Positions 28,501 through 35,763 of a DNA stretch of 64,000 bases are shown here, one piece after another (positions within the stretch are counted from its first letter, which is position 1; every line of letters starts with the position of its first letter). Origin of the DNA: a virus (lineage: Duplodnaviria; Caudoviricetes); the IMG/VR virus record IMGVR_UViG_3300021368_000002; one strand, given 5' to 3'. The notes below the pieces were generated by a model that ran no database searches, was not told the origin of the DNA, and saw only the letters and a program-made list of their open reading frames with translations. Position numbers and translations under genes: made by a program.

Positions 28501-28782
28501 CAAACCGTATTCATTAAGCTCTCCTCCGTGGATTGGATTGTTGCCTGAATCTGTATAAAATGTCGGGTCTCCAAAGGTATCTGCAAGATCACGCTGGCTA
28601 GTAATTAGGTATGGTTTGCCAGCATTAGCTTTAGTTGTACCTTGGGCAATACCACTGCCTGAAGCATTGGTTTTATCTTGTGACGATGTCACAAAGATCA
28701 TTGGTACGGTGCCTGGTTCTGCTGGTGTATAGAACGATTCGTCTATTACCTTAACCTCTACACCTGGTGATGTTAATGCCAT
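25549..28782 (-). CDS. tail sheath protein (gp18-like, 1077 aa)
   Basis: MALTSPGVEV, PWFAPAGTRRG, NPI..G.VNFGQKT, LDRINVSRL, FEPND, EFIYIP. Confidence 0.95.
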   Translation of the reverse strand: MALTSPGVEVKVIDESFYTPAEPGTVPMIFVTSSQDKTNASGSGIAQGTTKANAGKPYLITSQRDLADTFGDPTFYTDSGNNPIHGGELNEYGLQAAYSFLGVANRAYVVRADIDLNQLKASANAPGAAPADGTYWFDTKNTKFGVFEWNGAARTTTGGQTFSVKTPIVITEVSKVTGTSTAPGAPKGSVGAVGDYAVVAVSTLNKLWYKNSAGTWVEVGTDDWQNSHATVTATSSTHTAGKTMTINGVTITASGTDAASLANDIGVLVTGVTAQSVGGVLSLFSNGVSIVIGNGGGTPGLETDLGITAGTYAAPAVAIAAHTSVPEWKTNDTTPRPTGSIWIKTTEPNSGSKWAVKQYNATTKLWADVNAPLYEDNADAIFNLDKSGGGANLTVGTVYIQTNTGEVSQKEANFKIFRRQVAGATVVTSDKITTSTIPNATARFDIIESVKGNRAMSAATTITVAYNGTANDAEDMANAINAAGLNHVTASVDALNRVVISHATGGEIRFVDHDGALAAAGFVPGTTTNLYDYMAEDSTVYFIASNWKVMTYTASDDAPTALTADGTLWYNSIVDEVDMLVHNGSTWVGRKHTGSGLTGVDDPIVSASTPTKQSDGTSALVDGDIWIDTGDLENFPRVYRYDSTMPTPTGWVLLDSTDQTTENGVLYADARWSDAGANSDEATIADLAVSDYLDPDAPDPALYPKGMLLWNTRRSGFNVKKFVRNYIDTTAENKRQAGDPSMASYYPHRWVTESANQATGAGSFGRMAQRKVVVQRLQAVVNNNDEIRDDEARLFNIMATPGYPELIGEMITLNYDRGLSAFIIGDSPMRLTPDATSLNNWATNVNTAVEDNDRGLVSSDEYLGVFYPSGFSSDNFGNNIVVPASHMMLRTMALSDQVSFPWFAPAGTRRGGISNATSTGYVNSEGEFVAVALNEGQRDTLYSNNVNPITFITGAGLVNFGQKTRARNASALDRINVSRLVVYLRSQLNKLAKPYIFEPNDKVTRDDIKTAAESLLLELVGLRALNDFLVVCDETNNTPARIDRNELYLDIAIEPIKAVEFIYIPLRLKNTGEIAGL

Positions 28783-28820
28783 TGCGTTTTCTCCTTGAAA
28801 GTAAACTGTTTATGCTACTG

Positions 28821-28826
28821 TATTTA
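28821..28826 (-). promoter_or_regulatory. late-type promoter TAAATA for sheath
   Basis: Upstream of an AAGGAG Shine-Dalgarno. Confidence 0.55.
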
Positions 28827-28882
28827 GCATTATGAAACGAAAACACTGTTGTTTACCCCATTAAAAAGGGGCACAAAAGGTG

Positions 28883-28888
28883 TAAATA
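28883..28888 (+). promoter_or_regulatory. late-type promoter TAAATA, 4 nt before ATG
   Basis: tgTAAATAtagtATG. Confidence 0.6.
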
Positions 28889-28892
28889 TAGT

Positions 28893-29231
28893 ATGAGACC
28901 TTTATGTATATGCGGAATGCGCCCTGCTGCTGTTAATTATAAAAAGGGCAAGAAAACCTACTATAGAAAAAAGTGTGAAATTTGTAATAAACACGGCGGA
29001 TTTGGACACGGCATACCAAAATGGAAAATGAAAGGTTATGAGAAAAAAGATACTTGTGAAAAGTGTGGTTTTAAATCTAAGCATCAAGAACAATTTAATG
29101 TTTTCCATATAGATGGAAATTTAGATAATTGTAGATATAATAATCTAAAAACAATATGTGCCAACTGTCAAAGAATTTTACAAAAAGAAGGCAGTAAGTG
29201 GAAACAAGGAGATCTTATAGCAGATTTTTAG
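28893..29231 (+). CDS. zinc-binding HNH endonuclease-like protein
   Basis: CEKCG..FHIDGNLDNCRYNNLKTICANCQ plus N-terminal Cys pairs. Confidence 0.75.
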   Translation: MRPLCICGMRPAAVNYKKGKKTYYRKKCEICNKHGGFGHGIPKWKMKGYEKKDTCEKCGFKSKHQEQFNVFHIDGNLDNCRYNNLKTICANCQRILQKEGSKWKQGDLIADF

Positions 29232-29232
29232 G

Positions 29233-29261
29233 TTGACTTTTTGTTTGTCATATAGTATAAT
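29233..29261 (+). promoter_or_regulatory. sigma70-type promoter TTGACT-17-TATAAT
   Basis: Near-consensus boxes with exact 17-nt spacer. Confidence 0.8.
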
Positions 29262-29285
29262 TTAACTTATTATTTAGGAGCAATT

Positions 29286-29567
29286 ATGTCTAACAAAATC
29301 GACTACAAATTTGACGAAAAAAAGTACATTGAAGAATTTCAAGCATATATCGATAAAACATACAACGGCCATTATAGTACAAATAAATTTCAGTCAACTG
29401 AAGTAATTATTGACAGAGGACACGGAACTGGGTTCTGTATGGGCAATGTTGACAAGTATTCAAACCGTTATGGTAAAAAAGGTACAGCAGATGATGCTCG
29501 TAAAGATCTAATGAAAATTTTACACTATGCACTAATTCAATTATACGTACACGATAACGATCTTTAG
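29286..29567 (+). CDS. DUF3310 / T7 gp1.7-like putative nucleotide kinase
   Basis: GHY..FCMGNVDKYSNRYGKKG..RKDLMKILHYA; AGGAG Shine-Dalgarno. Confidence 0.7.
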   Translation: MSNKIDYKFDEKKYIEEFQAYIDKTYNGHYSTNKFQSTEVIIDRGHGTGFCMGNVDKYSNRYGKKGTADDARKDLMKILHYALIQLYVHDNDL

Positions 29568-30322
29568 CCGATTAAAAATCCGTAGCCTGTACCGCCTGGC
29601 ACAGCTTGGCTAACTTCTTGCTCTAGTTTTTCCATTTCTTGCTGTGCTTCTGCTTTTAATGCATCACCGTTAAGAGTAGAGCCGCCTTGTGGGCCAGCAA
29701 TAGTAGCAAACTTTGAACGTGCTTCACCTAGCATATATTTACAACCAGCAAGTGTATAGTCTTTGATCCACTGTTTTGCCAAATAATCATCTAATAATTG
29801 TTCGTCTGGACGATAGTTGTAAACATATAAAAGTAATGTTTCTTCTGCTCTAGGTCTTTGTAGTAAAGTTAGCTGCTTAGTTGTACTATTCCATTTAAAT
29901 TCAATAAAAGAACCAAACATACGTCCTACAAGTTCCTGATATTGTGAGAACAAGTCATATGTAGCAAGTCCTCCCATATTCGAACTAGCTAACAAGTATG
30001 TATTTGTGTATGCTAAATTAAATGGTTCAAAGATAGTACCGCCATCGCCGCCACCTGTACGTGATCCTACACTTCTACGGAATAATTTTCTAACTTCCAT
30101 AACTTCATTAGGCAATGTATAAGTATTTTGATCAACAATAGTAGGCATAAACATATATGATTCTTCAACGGAGTTGTCACTGCGTTGTCTAAAACGTGTT
30201 AATGCTTTTGTAAGTGCAGTTTCATAATGTACAGGGTCTAATTCTACATCTATCATACCGCCGCCTAGAAAGGCATTTACATAATCAAATATTTCTTGCT
30301 TTTTTGTTGCTAAATTTGCCAT
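29564..30322 (-). CDS. neck protein (gp13-like)
   Basis: LGGGMIDVELD, WIKDYTLA..K..LGEARSKF, GPQGG..LNG; start MANLAT at 30322 with GGAG. Confidence 0.85.
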   Translation of the reverse strand: MANLATKKQEIFDYVNAFLGGGMIDVELDPVHYETALTKALTRFRQRSDNSVEESYMFMPTIVDQNTYTLPNEVMEVRKLFRRSVGSRTGGGDGGTIFEPFNLAYTNTYLLASSNMGGLATYDLFSQYQELVGRMFGSFIEFKWNSTTKQLTLLQRPRAEETLLLYVYNYRPDEQLLDDYLAKQWIKDYTLAGCKYMLGEARSKFATIAGPQGGSTLNGDALKAEAQQEMEKLEQEVSQAVPGGTGYGFLIG

Positions 30323-30339
30323 ACAAGTTCTCCACATAG

Positions 30340-30360
30340 TATTTATCGTAACGATAAATA
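30340..30360. promoter_or_regulatory. back-to-back late-type promoters (palindrome) for gp13 and gp14
   Basis: tatttatcg-taa-cgataaata, perfect 9-bp inverted repeat. Confidence 0.7.
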
Positions 30361-30365
30361 TACAT

Positions 30366-31514
30366 ATGCCGAGACTTAGTTTATATAGACCAGAAAAAGG
30401 CAAGGATTATAGCTTCCTTGACAGACAAATTTCAGAAATGTTTTCTGTTGGGGGTACAGACGTACATTTACACAAATATTTAGGTCCTGTAAATACAGAA
30501 GAAAGTGCTAGTACAGCAGATAGGCCCCAATACGACAGTGTAAAAGAAACCAACATACAAGACCTCCTGTTTATGGAAAACAGAGACAGGAAATACGATC
30601 CTGATGTATACACAATAAGAGGCATATACAATGTAGCAGATATTGATTTTAATTTAAGCCAGTTTGGTTTGTTTATGAGTAATGATACATTGTTTATGAC
30701 AGTCCATATAAATGATAGTGTTAAAAGTATTGGTAGAAAAATTATGAGCGGAGATGTTATAGAACTTCCGCATCTAAAAGATGAATATGCTTTAAATGAT
30801 TACGAAGTTTCATTAAAAAGATTTTATGTAATAGACGAAATAAGTCGTGCTGCTGAAGGTTTTTCTCAAACTTGGTATCCGCACTTATATAGACTTAAAC
30901 TAAAAAGCATATACGACGGGCAAGAATTTAAAGATATACTCGACTTGCCAGCTAGTGAAGATAGTGATTTAACTTTGCGTAATGTCCTGTCTACATTTGA
31001 AAAAGAAATGCAAGTAAATGAAGCTGTGGTACAACAAGCCGAAGCAGATAGTCCACTTAGTGGATATGAAACTAGCCATTTATACACTAAACGTGTTGCA
31101 GAAGATGGTACAAATATTATTGAACAAAGTTTTCCAGAAGAAGTTCCTGAAACTGTTTTTGAGCGTATCACAGAAGAAGGCATCAAAGATGATTACGATG
31201 GATACTTAGTTGGCGATGGGTTAGCACCAAATGGCGAATCTTTCGGCTTTGGTATTAACTTTCCATTAGGTGCAGATAGCGGAGATTATTTTTTGAGAAC
31301 AGATTTTTTACCTAATAAATTGTTTAGGTACAATGGATCAAAATGGGTTAGACAAGAAGATAGTGTAAGAATGACTCTGTCTAATACTACAACAAGACAG
31401 ACACAAAAAACTTCGTTTATTAACAATACAAGTACTAGTACAATTAACGGTAGTGAAGTTAAAGAAAGACAAAGTTTAAGTAAGGCTCTAAAAGCTAAGG
31501 CGGATAATAGCTAA
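30366..31514 (+). CDS. neck/head-closure protein (gp14-like) with C-terminal extension
   Basis: IQDLLFMENRDRKYD, LSQFGLF, GDVIELPHL, WYPHL. Confidence 0.8.
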   Translation: MPRLSLYRPEKGKDYSFLDRQISEMFSVGGTDVHLHKYLGPVNTEESASTADRPQYDSVKETNIQDLLFMENRDRKYDPDVYTIRGIYNVADIDFNLSQFGLFMSNDTLFMTVHINDSVKSIGRKIMSGDVIELPHLKDEYALNDYEVSLKRFYVIDEISRAAEGFSQTWYPHLYRLKLKSIYDGQEFKDILDLPASEDSDLTLRNVLSTFEKEMQVNEAVVQQAEADSPLSGYETSHLYTKRVAEDGTNIIEQSFPEEVPETVFERITEEGIKDDYDGYLVGDGLAPNGESFGFGINFPLGADSGDYFLRTDFLPNKLFRYNGSKWVRQEDSVRMTLSNTTTRQTQKTSFINNTSTSTINGSEVKERQSLSKALKAKADNS

Positions 31515-32941
31515 TGCAACACTTTTATGACGGACAAATTAGAAGATATATTACTCAAATTATAAGATTAATGAGTAATTTTCAATATCAAGATAATTCT
31601 GGCAATTTTACTGGTATTCCTGTGATGTACGGTGACTTAACAAGGCAAGTGGCAAGTATTATACGTGATAACTCTGAAAACAAAATACCGTCAGCACCTC
31701 GTATGGCCGTTTATGTAACAACATTAGAAATGGATAGATCTAGAACGAGTGATGCTAGTTATGTTAGTAAGCTAAATGTTAGAGAAAGATCATACAATAC
31801 AGCAACAGGAGAATATGGTTCAGAGGCAGGTCCGGCCTACACTGTAGAACGTATTATGCCTGTGCCTTATATATTAGGAGTCAATGTAGATGTTTGGTCT
31901 ACAAGCACTGATCAAAAATTACAAATATTAGAACAATTACTATGCCTATTTAATCCTAGCTTAGAAATACAAACAACAGATAATTATGTAGATTGGACAA
32001 GTTTAACTGTTGTACATTTAGAAAATGTGAATTGGAGTAATAGATCAATACCTGTCGGTGTTGATAGTGAAATAGATGTAAGCACAATTAGTTTTACAAC
32101 ACCTATCTATATAACTCCGCCTGCTAAAGTAAAACGCCTTGGTGTTATCACTAATATCATAACAAGTGTGTTTAATGAAGATGCGGGAGTAATTGATTTC
32201 GGTGAAGCCAGACCAGTGTTAGACGCATACCAAAATAATCCTCTAGGTGCTACAAGCGAAAATAGAGATGGCGAGCAGAGACAGAGCGTGAGGGGCGATG
32301 TTGATGCATTAGCAAATGTAAATTACAATAATTATAACATTGTAGTAATTAATAACACTGCACAGATAGTAGAAGGCAGCACTGTAGGTGAAATTAGCTG
32401 GGAACCTATGTTCGAACAATTTGCTGGACCGTATCAAGCAGGTATAAGTAGGCTATTTTTAACAAGATCTGACCTAGACGGGGAAGTAGTTGCTACATTT
32501 ACCCTTAATCTAACAAACACTAACCAATTGCTTTTAGATTTTGATGAAGATACACTTCCAACAGATTCAATTATTAGTAGTGATTTACAAGATAAATCAA
32601 AAATTGATTACATAATTGATCCTACTACTTATAATCCATCAGCTATTAAGGCAACTGGTGTTAGATTGTTGCTTTTAGATAGTATAGGACCTCATGGGGC
32701 AAATTTTGGGCCCTCGGCTTGGCAAAATACAGACGGAACTTATTTAGAAGCTGGAGAAAACGACATCATCGAGTGGGATGGAACAAAATGGGTCGTTGTT
32801 TTTGATGCAAGTAATTATGATAGTAGTGTTATTTTCACAACAAATCTAAACACAGGTGTACAATATAAATTTAATGGTGTTGAATGGGTTAAATCTTTCG
32901 AAGGTGAATACCAAGTTGGCACCTGGAGAATCACCCTTTAA
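31514..32941 (+). CDS. tail terminator / sheath stabiliser (gp15-like) with extension
   Basis: HFYDGQIRRY, IPVMYG, APRMA, PVPY, QILEQL..FNP. Confidence 0.85.
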   Translation: MQHFYDGQIRRYITQIIRLMSNFQYQDNSGNFTGIPVMYGDLTRQVASIIRDNSENKIPSAPRMAVYVTTLEMDRSRTSDASYVSKLNVRERSYNTATGEYGSEAGPAYTVERIMPVPYILGVNVDVWSTSTDQKLQILEQLLCLFNPSLEIQTTDNYVDWTSLTVVHLENVNWSNRSIPVGVDSEIDVSTISFTTPIYITPPAKVKRLGVITNIITSVFNEDAGVIDFGEARPVLDAYQNNPLGATSENRDGEQRQSVRGDVDALANVNYNNYNIVVINNTAQIVEGSTVGEISWEPMFEQFAGPYQAGISRLFLTRSDLDGEVVATFTLNLTNTNQLLLDFDEDTLPTDSIISSDLQDKSKIDYIIDPTTYNPSAIKATGVRLLLLDSIGPHGANFGPSAWQNTDGTYLEAGENDIIEWDGTKWVVVFDASNYDSSVIFTTNLNTGVQYKFNGVEWVKSFEGEYQVGTWRITL

Positions 32942-32953
32942 GATACATACTAT

Positions 32954-33397
32954 ATGAGCGCAGATATAGTATGTAGCGGAGCATTAATTTTCGCAAAATC
33001 TACCCAAAGATTTTTACTTTTGCATAGAGCAAACGGTAAACGTAATAATATGTGGGGATTAGTTGGTGGCACAAATGAAGGTAAAGAAACTCCATGGGAA
33101 GGTTTACGGCGTGAAATCACCGAAGAAGTAGGTCACTTACCCAATATTAAAAAAACAATGCCATTAGAAAGTTTTATAAGTAATGATGAAAAGTTTCATT
33201 TTCATACATATCTTTGTGTTATAGAAGATGAATTTATTCCAAAATTAAACGATGAACACGACGGTTATGCTTGGGTTAAATTAGGCAATTGGCCTAAGCC
33301 TCTCCATCATGGGTTACGTAACACTCTTACAAGTAAAATTAACCAATCTAAACTAAAAACAGTATTCCAAGTAATATCGTTACTTGACGAACAATAA
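32954..33397 (+). CDS. NUDIX hydrolase
   Basis: Nudix box GTNEGKETPWEGLRREITEEVG. Confidence 0.92.
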   Translation: MSADIVCSGALIFAKSTQRFLLLHRANGKRNNMWGLVGGTNEGKETPWEGLRREITEEVGHLPNIKKTMPLESFISNDEKFHFHTYLCVIEDEFIPKLNDEHDGYAWVKLGNWPKPLHHGLRNTLTSKINQSKLKTVFQVISLLDEQ

Positions 33398-33412
33398 TTT
33401 TAATGTTATAAT
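33384..33412 (+). promoter_or_regulatory. sigma70-type promoter TTGACG-17-TATAAT with extended TG; 5 nt to ATG
   Basis: Seen directly before hldE; no Shine-Dalgarno. Confidence 0.8.
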
Positions 33413-33417
33413 AAGAT

Positions 33418-34581
33418 ATGTCAAAAGTACTAGTAATCGGTGATATTATAATTGACAAATACATTTACGGAACAAGCACACGCTTGAGTCCAGAGGCACC
33501 TGTGCCTGTTGTTACTCAAGAACGCACTATAGAAACACAAGGCGGTGCAGGACTAGTTTACGAAAATCTACAAAGTCTAGGTGTTGACGTAGATTTATTT
33601 GACTATTACTATCCTAAAAGCACTAAAACAAGAGTACTATGTGACGGACATTACATTACACGTATAGACGACGATGTTATTGTACCTGGTGAAAACACAC
33701 TAGAAGACATCCTTAAAAAAGATTTTAGTGAATACACATATGTTATACTAAGCGATTATAAAAAAGGTGTTCTAGAAAAATCATACGAGATTATAGAACA
33801 TATTAACAAGTTTGGGTGTAAAGTAATAGTAGATCCAAAAGACCACTATACTTTCTATAATGGTGCCTGGATTGTAAAACCCAATGAAAAAGAATTTACA
33901 GAACTAGACTTTGATCTTTGGCAGGGCAATATTGTAATTACCAAAGCTAGTAATAATGTAATTGCTAAAATTGACGAAAAATTTTACGATGTTCCTGTAG
34001 AGCCTGTAGAAGTGTCGGACGTTACAGGTGCAGGAGATTGCTTTTTAGCAGCATTTGTTTATGCACTAACTAAAGATTACGACTATGGAACAGCATTAAA
34101 ACTAGCTGTTCAAGGATCGACTGAAAGTGTTAAACACGTAGGTACATACATTTTAAAAGAATCCGATTTAAAAAAGAAAGTAGTGTTTACAAATGGGTGT
34201 TTTGACATACTACACAAAGGCCATTTAACACTATTGAAAGAGGCACGCGAATTAGGCGATAAATTAATTGTTGGTCTAAACAGTGACAGTAGTGTAAAAC
34301 TATTAAAAGGTAACAACCGTCCAATCAATGACCAAAACACACGCCAAGAACAGCTAGAGCTCATACCATACGTAGACGAGGTAGTAATTTTTGAAGAAAA
34401 AACACCCTATGAATTGATAAAATCACTATCACCAGACCTTATTGTAAAAGGTGGTGATTATACTGTAGAAGAAATAGTCGGGCATGACCTTGCTCCTGTA
34501 CATATTGTACCAACTGTAAAAGGTCATAGCACTACAAAAATTATAGAGGAAGCAAATGAAGATATTAATTACAGGCTATAA
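33418..34581 (+). CDS. hldE: bifunctional heptose-7-phosphate kinase / heptose-1-phosphate adenylyltransferase
   Basis: GDIIID..RLSPEAPVPV, DVTGAGD; FTNGCFDILHKGH, GLNSD, KGGDY, GHSTT. Confidence 0.93.
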   Translation: MSKVLVIGDIIIDKYIYGTSTRLSPEAPVPVVTQERTIETQGGAGLVYENLQSLGVDVDLFDYYYPKSTKTRVLCDGHYITRIDDDVIVPGENTLEDILKKDFSEYTYVILSDYKKGVLEKSYEIIEHINKFGCKVIVDPKDHYTFYNGAWIVKPNEKEFTELDFDLWQGNIVITKASNNVIAKIDEKFYDVPVEPVEVSDVTGAGDCFLAAFVYALTKDYDYGTALKLAVQGSTESVKHVGTYILKESDLKKKVVFTNGCFDILHKGHLTLLKEARELGDKLIVGLNSDSSVKLLKGNNRPINDQNTRQEQLELIPYVDEVVIFEEKTPYELIKSLSPDLIVKGGDYTVEEIVGHDLAPVHIVPTVKGHSTTKIIEEANEDINYRL

Positions 34582-35386
34582 AGGATTTATTGCCCAAAAT
34601 TTAGGAAGATACCTACATTCCCGTGGACACGATGTAGAAGGGTTTGACTGGATTCCTAACACTTTGCCAGCAGTTGACTATTATGACCAAATTATTCACC
34701 TAGGTGCAATTAGTAGTACCACTTGTACTGACGTTGATGCTGTTATGGAACAAAATTTAGACTTTTCTACGAGACTTTTAGGCCTCTGCGAAGCTCATGG
34801 TGTTAATTTAATGTATGCATCAAGTGCAAGCGTATATGGTCCATTGCCTGAATGTAAAGAAGATGGTCCTGTCTTGCCAAAATCACCCTATGCATGGTCA
34901 AAATACCTATTTGATAGAATTATTAATGCTACTGATATTGACAGTTTTGGGTGCAGGGTTCAAGGTTTTAGATATTTTAATGTATATGGTGAATTTGAAG
35001 AGCATAAAGGTCCTCAAGCAAGCATATTCCACCAGTTCAAACGTCAAGCAACTGAAGGAAGGATTAAACCTTTTGTAAACAGCGACAACTATTACAGAGA
35101 CTTTATCTATGTAGGTGATATTTGCCGTATCACTGAGATGTTTTTGAACGTAGATGAAAATGGAATATGGAATTTAGGTACAGGTAAAGCTGAAAGTATT
35201 GGTAACATTGCAAAATATATGAGTGAGACACTAAATGTGCCAATTGAAGAGGTAGAAATGCCTATAGAACTGAAAGATCAGTACCAAAAGTACACAAAAA
35301 GTGATAATACCAAGCTAATCAACTCAATTGGCGACTATAAATTTTTAACACCTTACGAATGGATGGATCAATGGCTACAAGACTAG
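34556..35386 (+). CDS. hldD: ADP-L-glycero-D-manno-heptose 6-epimerase
   Basis: ITGYKGFI, HLGAISST, YASSASVYG, YAWSK, RYFNVYG..EHKG.QAS. Confidence 0.88.
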   Translation: MKILITGYKGFIAQNLGRYLHSRGHDVEGFDWIPNTLPAVDYYDQIIHLGAISSTTCTDVDAVMEQNLDFSTRLLGLCEAHGVNLMYASSASVYGPLPECKEDGPVLPKSPYAWSKYLFDRIINATDIDSFGCRVQGFRYFNVYGEFEEHKGPQASIFHQFKRQATEGRIKPFVNSDNYYRDFIYVGDICRITEMFLNVDENGIWNLGTGKAESIGNIAKYMSETLNVPIEEVEMPIELKDQYQKYTKSDNTKLINSIGDYKFLTPYEWMDQWLQD

Positions 35387-35763
35387 AAGGAAAAGTAGAA
35401 AAAGGTTGGGGTTTCGAGCTAATATGGGCTACAAACGAGCATTATTGCGGGAAAATCCTATTTTTTGAAAAAGCAGGTGCAAAATTTTCAATGCACTTCC
35501 ATAAAGAGAAGGACGAAACGTGGTTTATTAACAATGGCCGCTTTATAGTCCGGTGGATTGACACAAAAACAGCCCAGTTGCATACACAAGAGCTAAAAGA
35601 AGGAGATGTTTGGCATAATCCTCCATTGCAACCTCATCAATTAGAGTGTATTGTTGCTGGAAGCAGTTTAACAGAAGTATCTACTCCAGATTCTGTTGAA
35701 GATAACTATAGAGTTGCGCCAGGCGACAGCCAAAGTGCTATGCCTGGGCCTCACCCCACTTAA
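35371..35763 (+). CDS. cupin (lyxose/mannose-phosphate isomerase-like)
   Basis: KGWG.E.IW, FSMHFHKEKDETW, PHQL, TEVST. Confidence 0.8.
   Translation: MATRLEGKVEKGWGFELIWATNEHYCGKILFFEKAGAKFSMHFHKEKDETWFINNGRFIVRWIDTKTAQLHTQELKEGDVWHNPPLQPHQLECIVAGSSLTEVSTPDSVEDNYRVAPGDSQSAMPGPHPT

Noticed and set aside
28811-28871. Short inverted repeats in the sheath/HNH intergenic gap
   Set aside because: Stems of only 4-6 bp, expected by chance in AT-rich DNA.
33418-35763. Bacterial chromosomal LPS operon or host contamination
   Set aside because: Genes overlap phage structural genes seamlessly and share their composition; no other waa/lpx genes are present.
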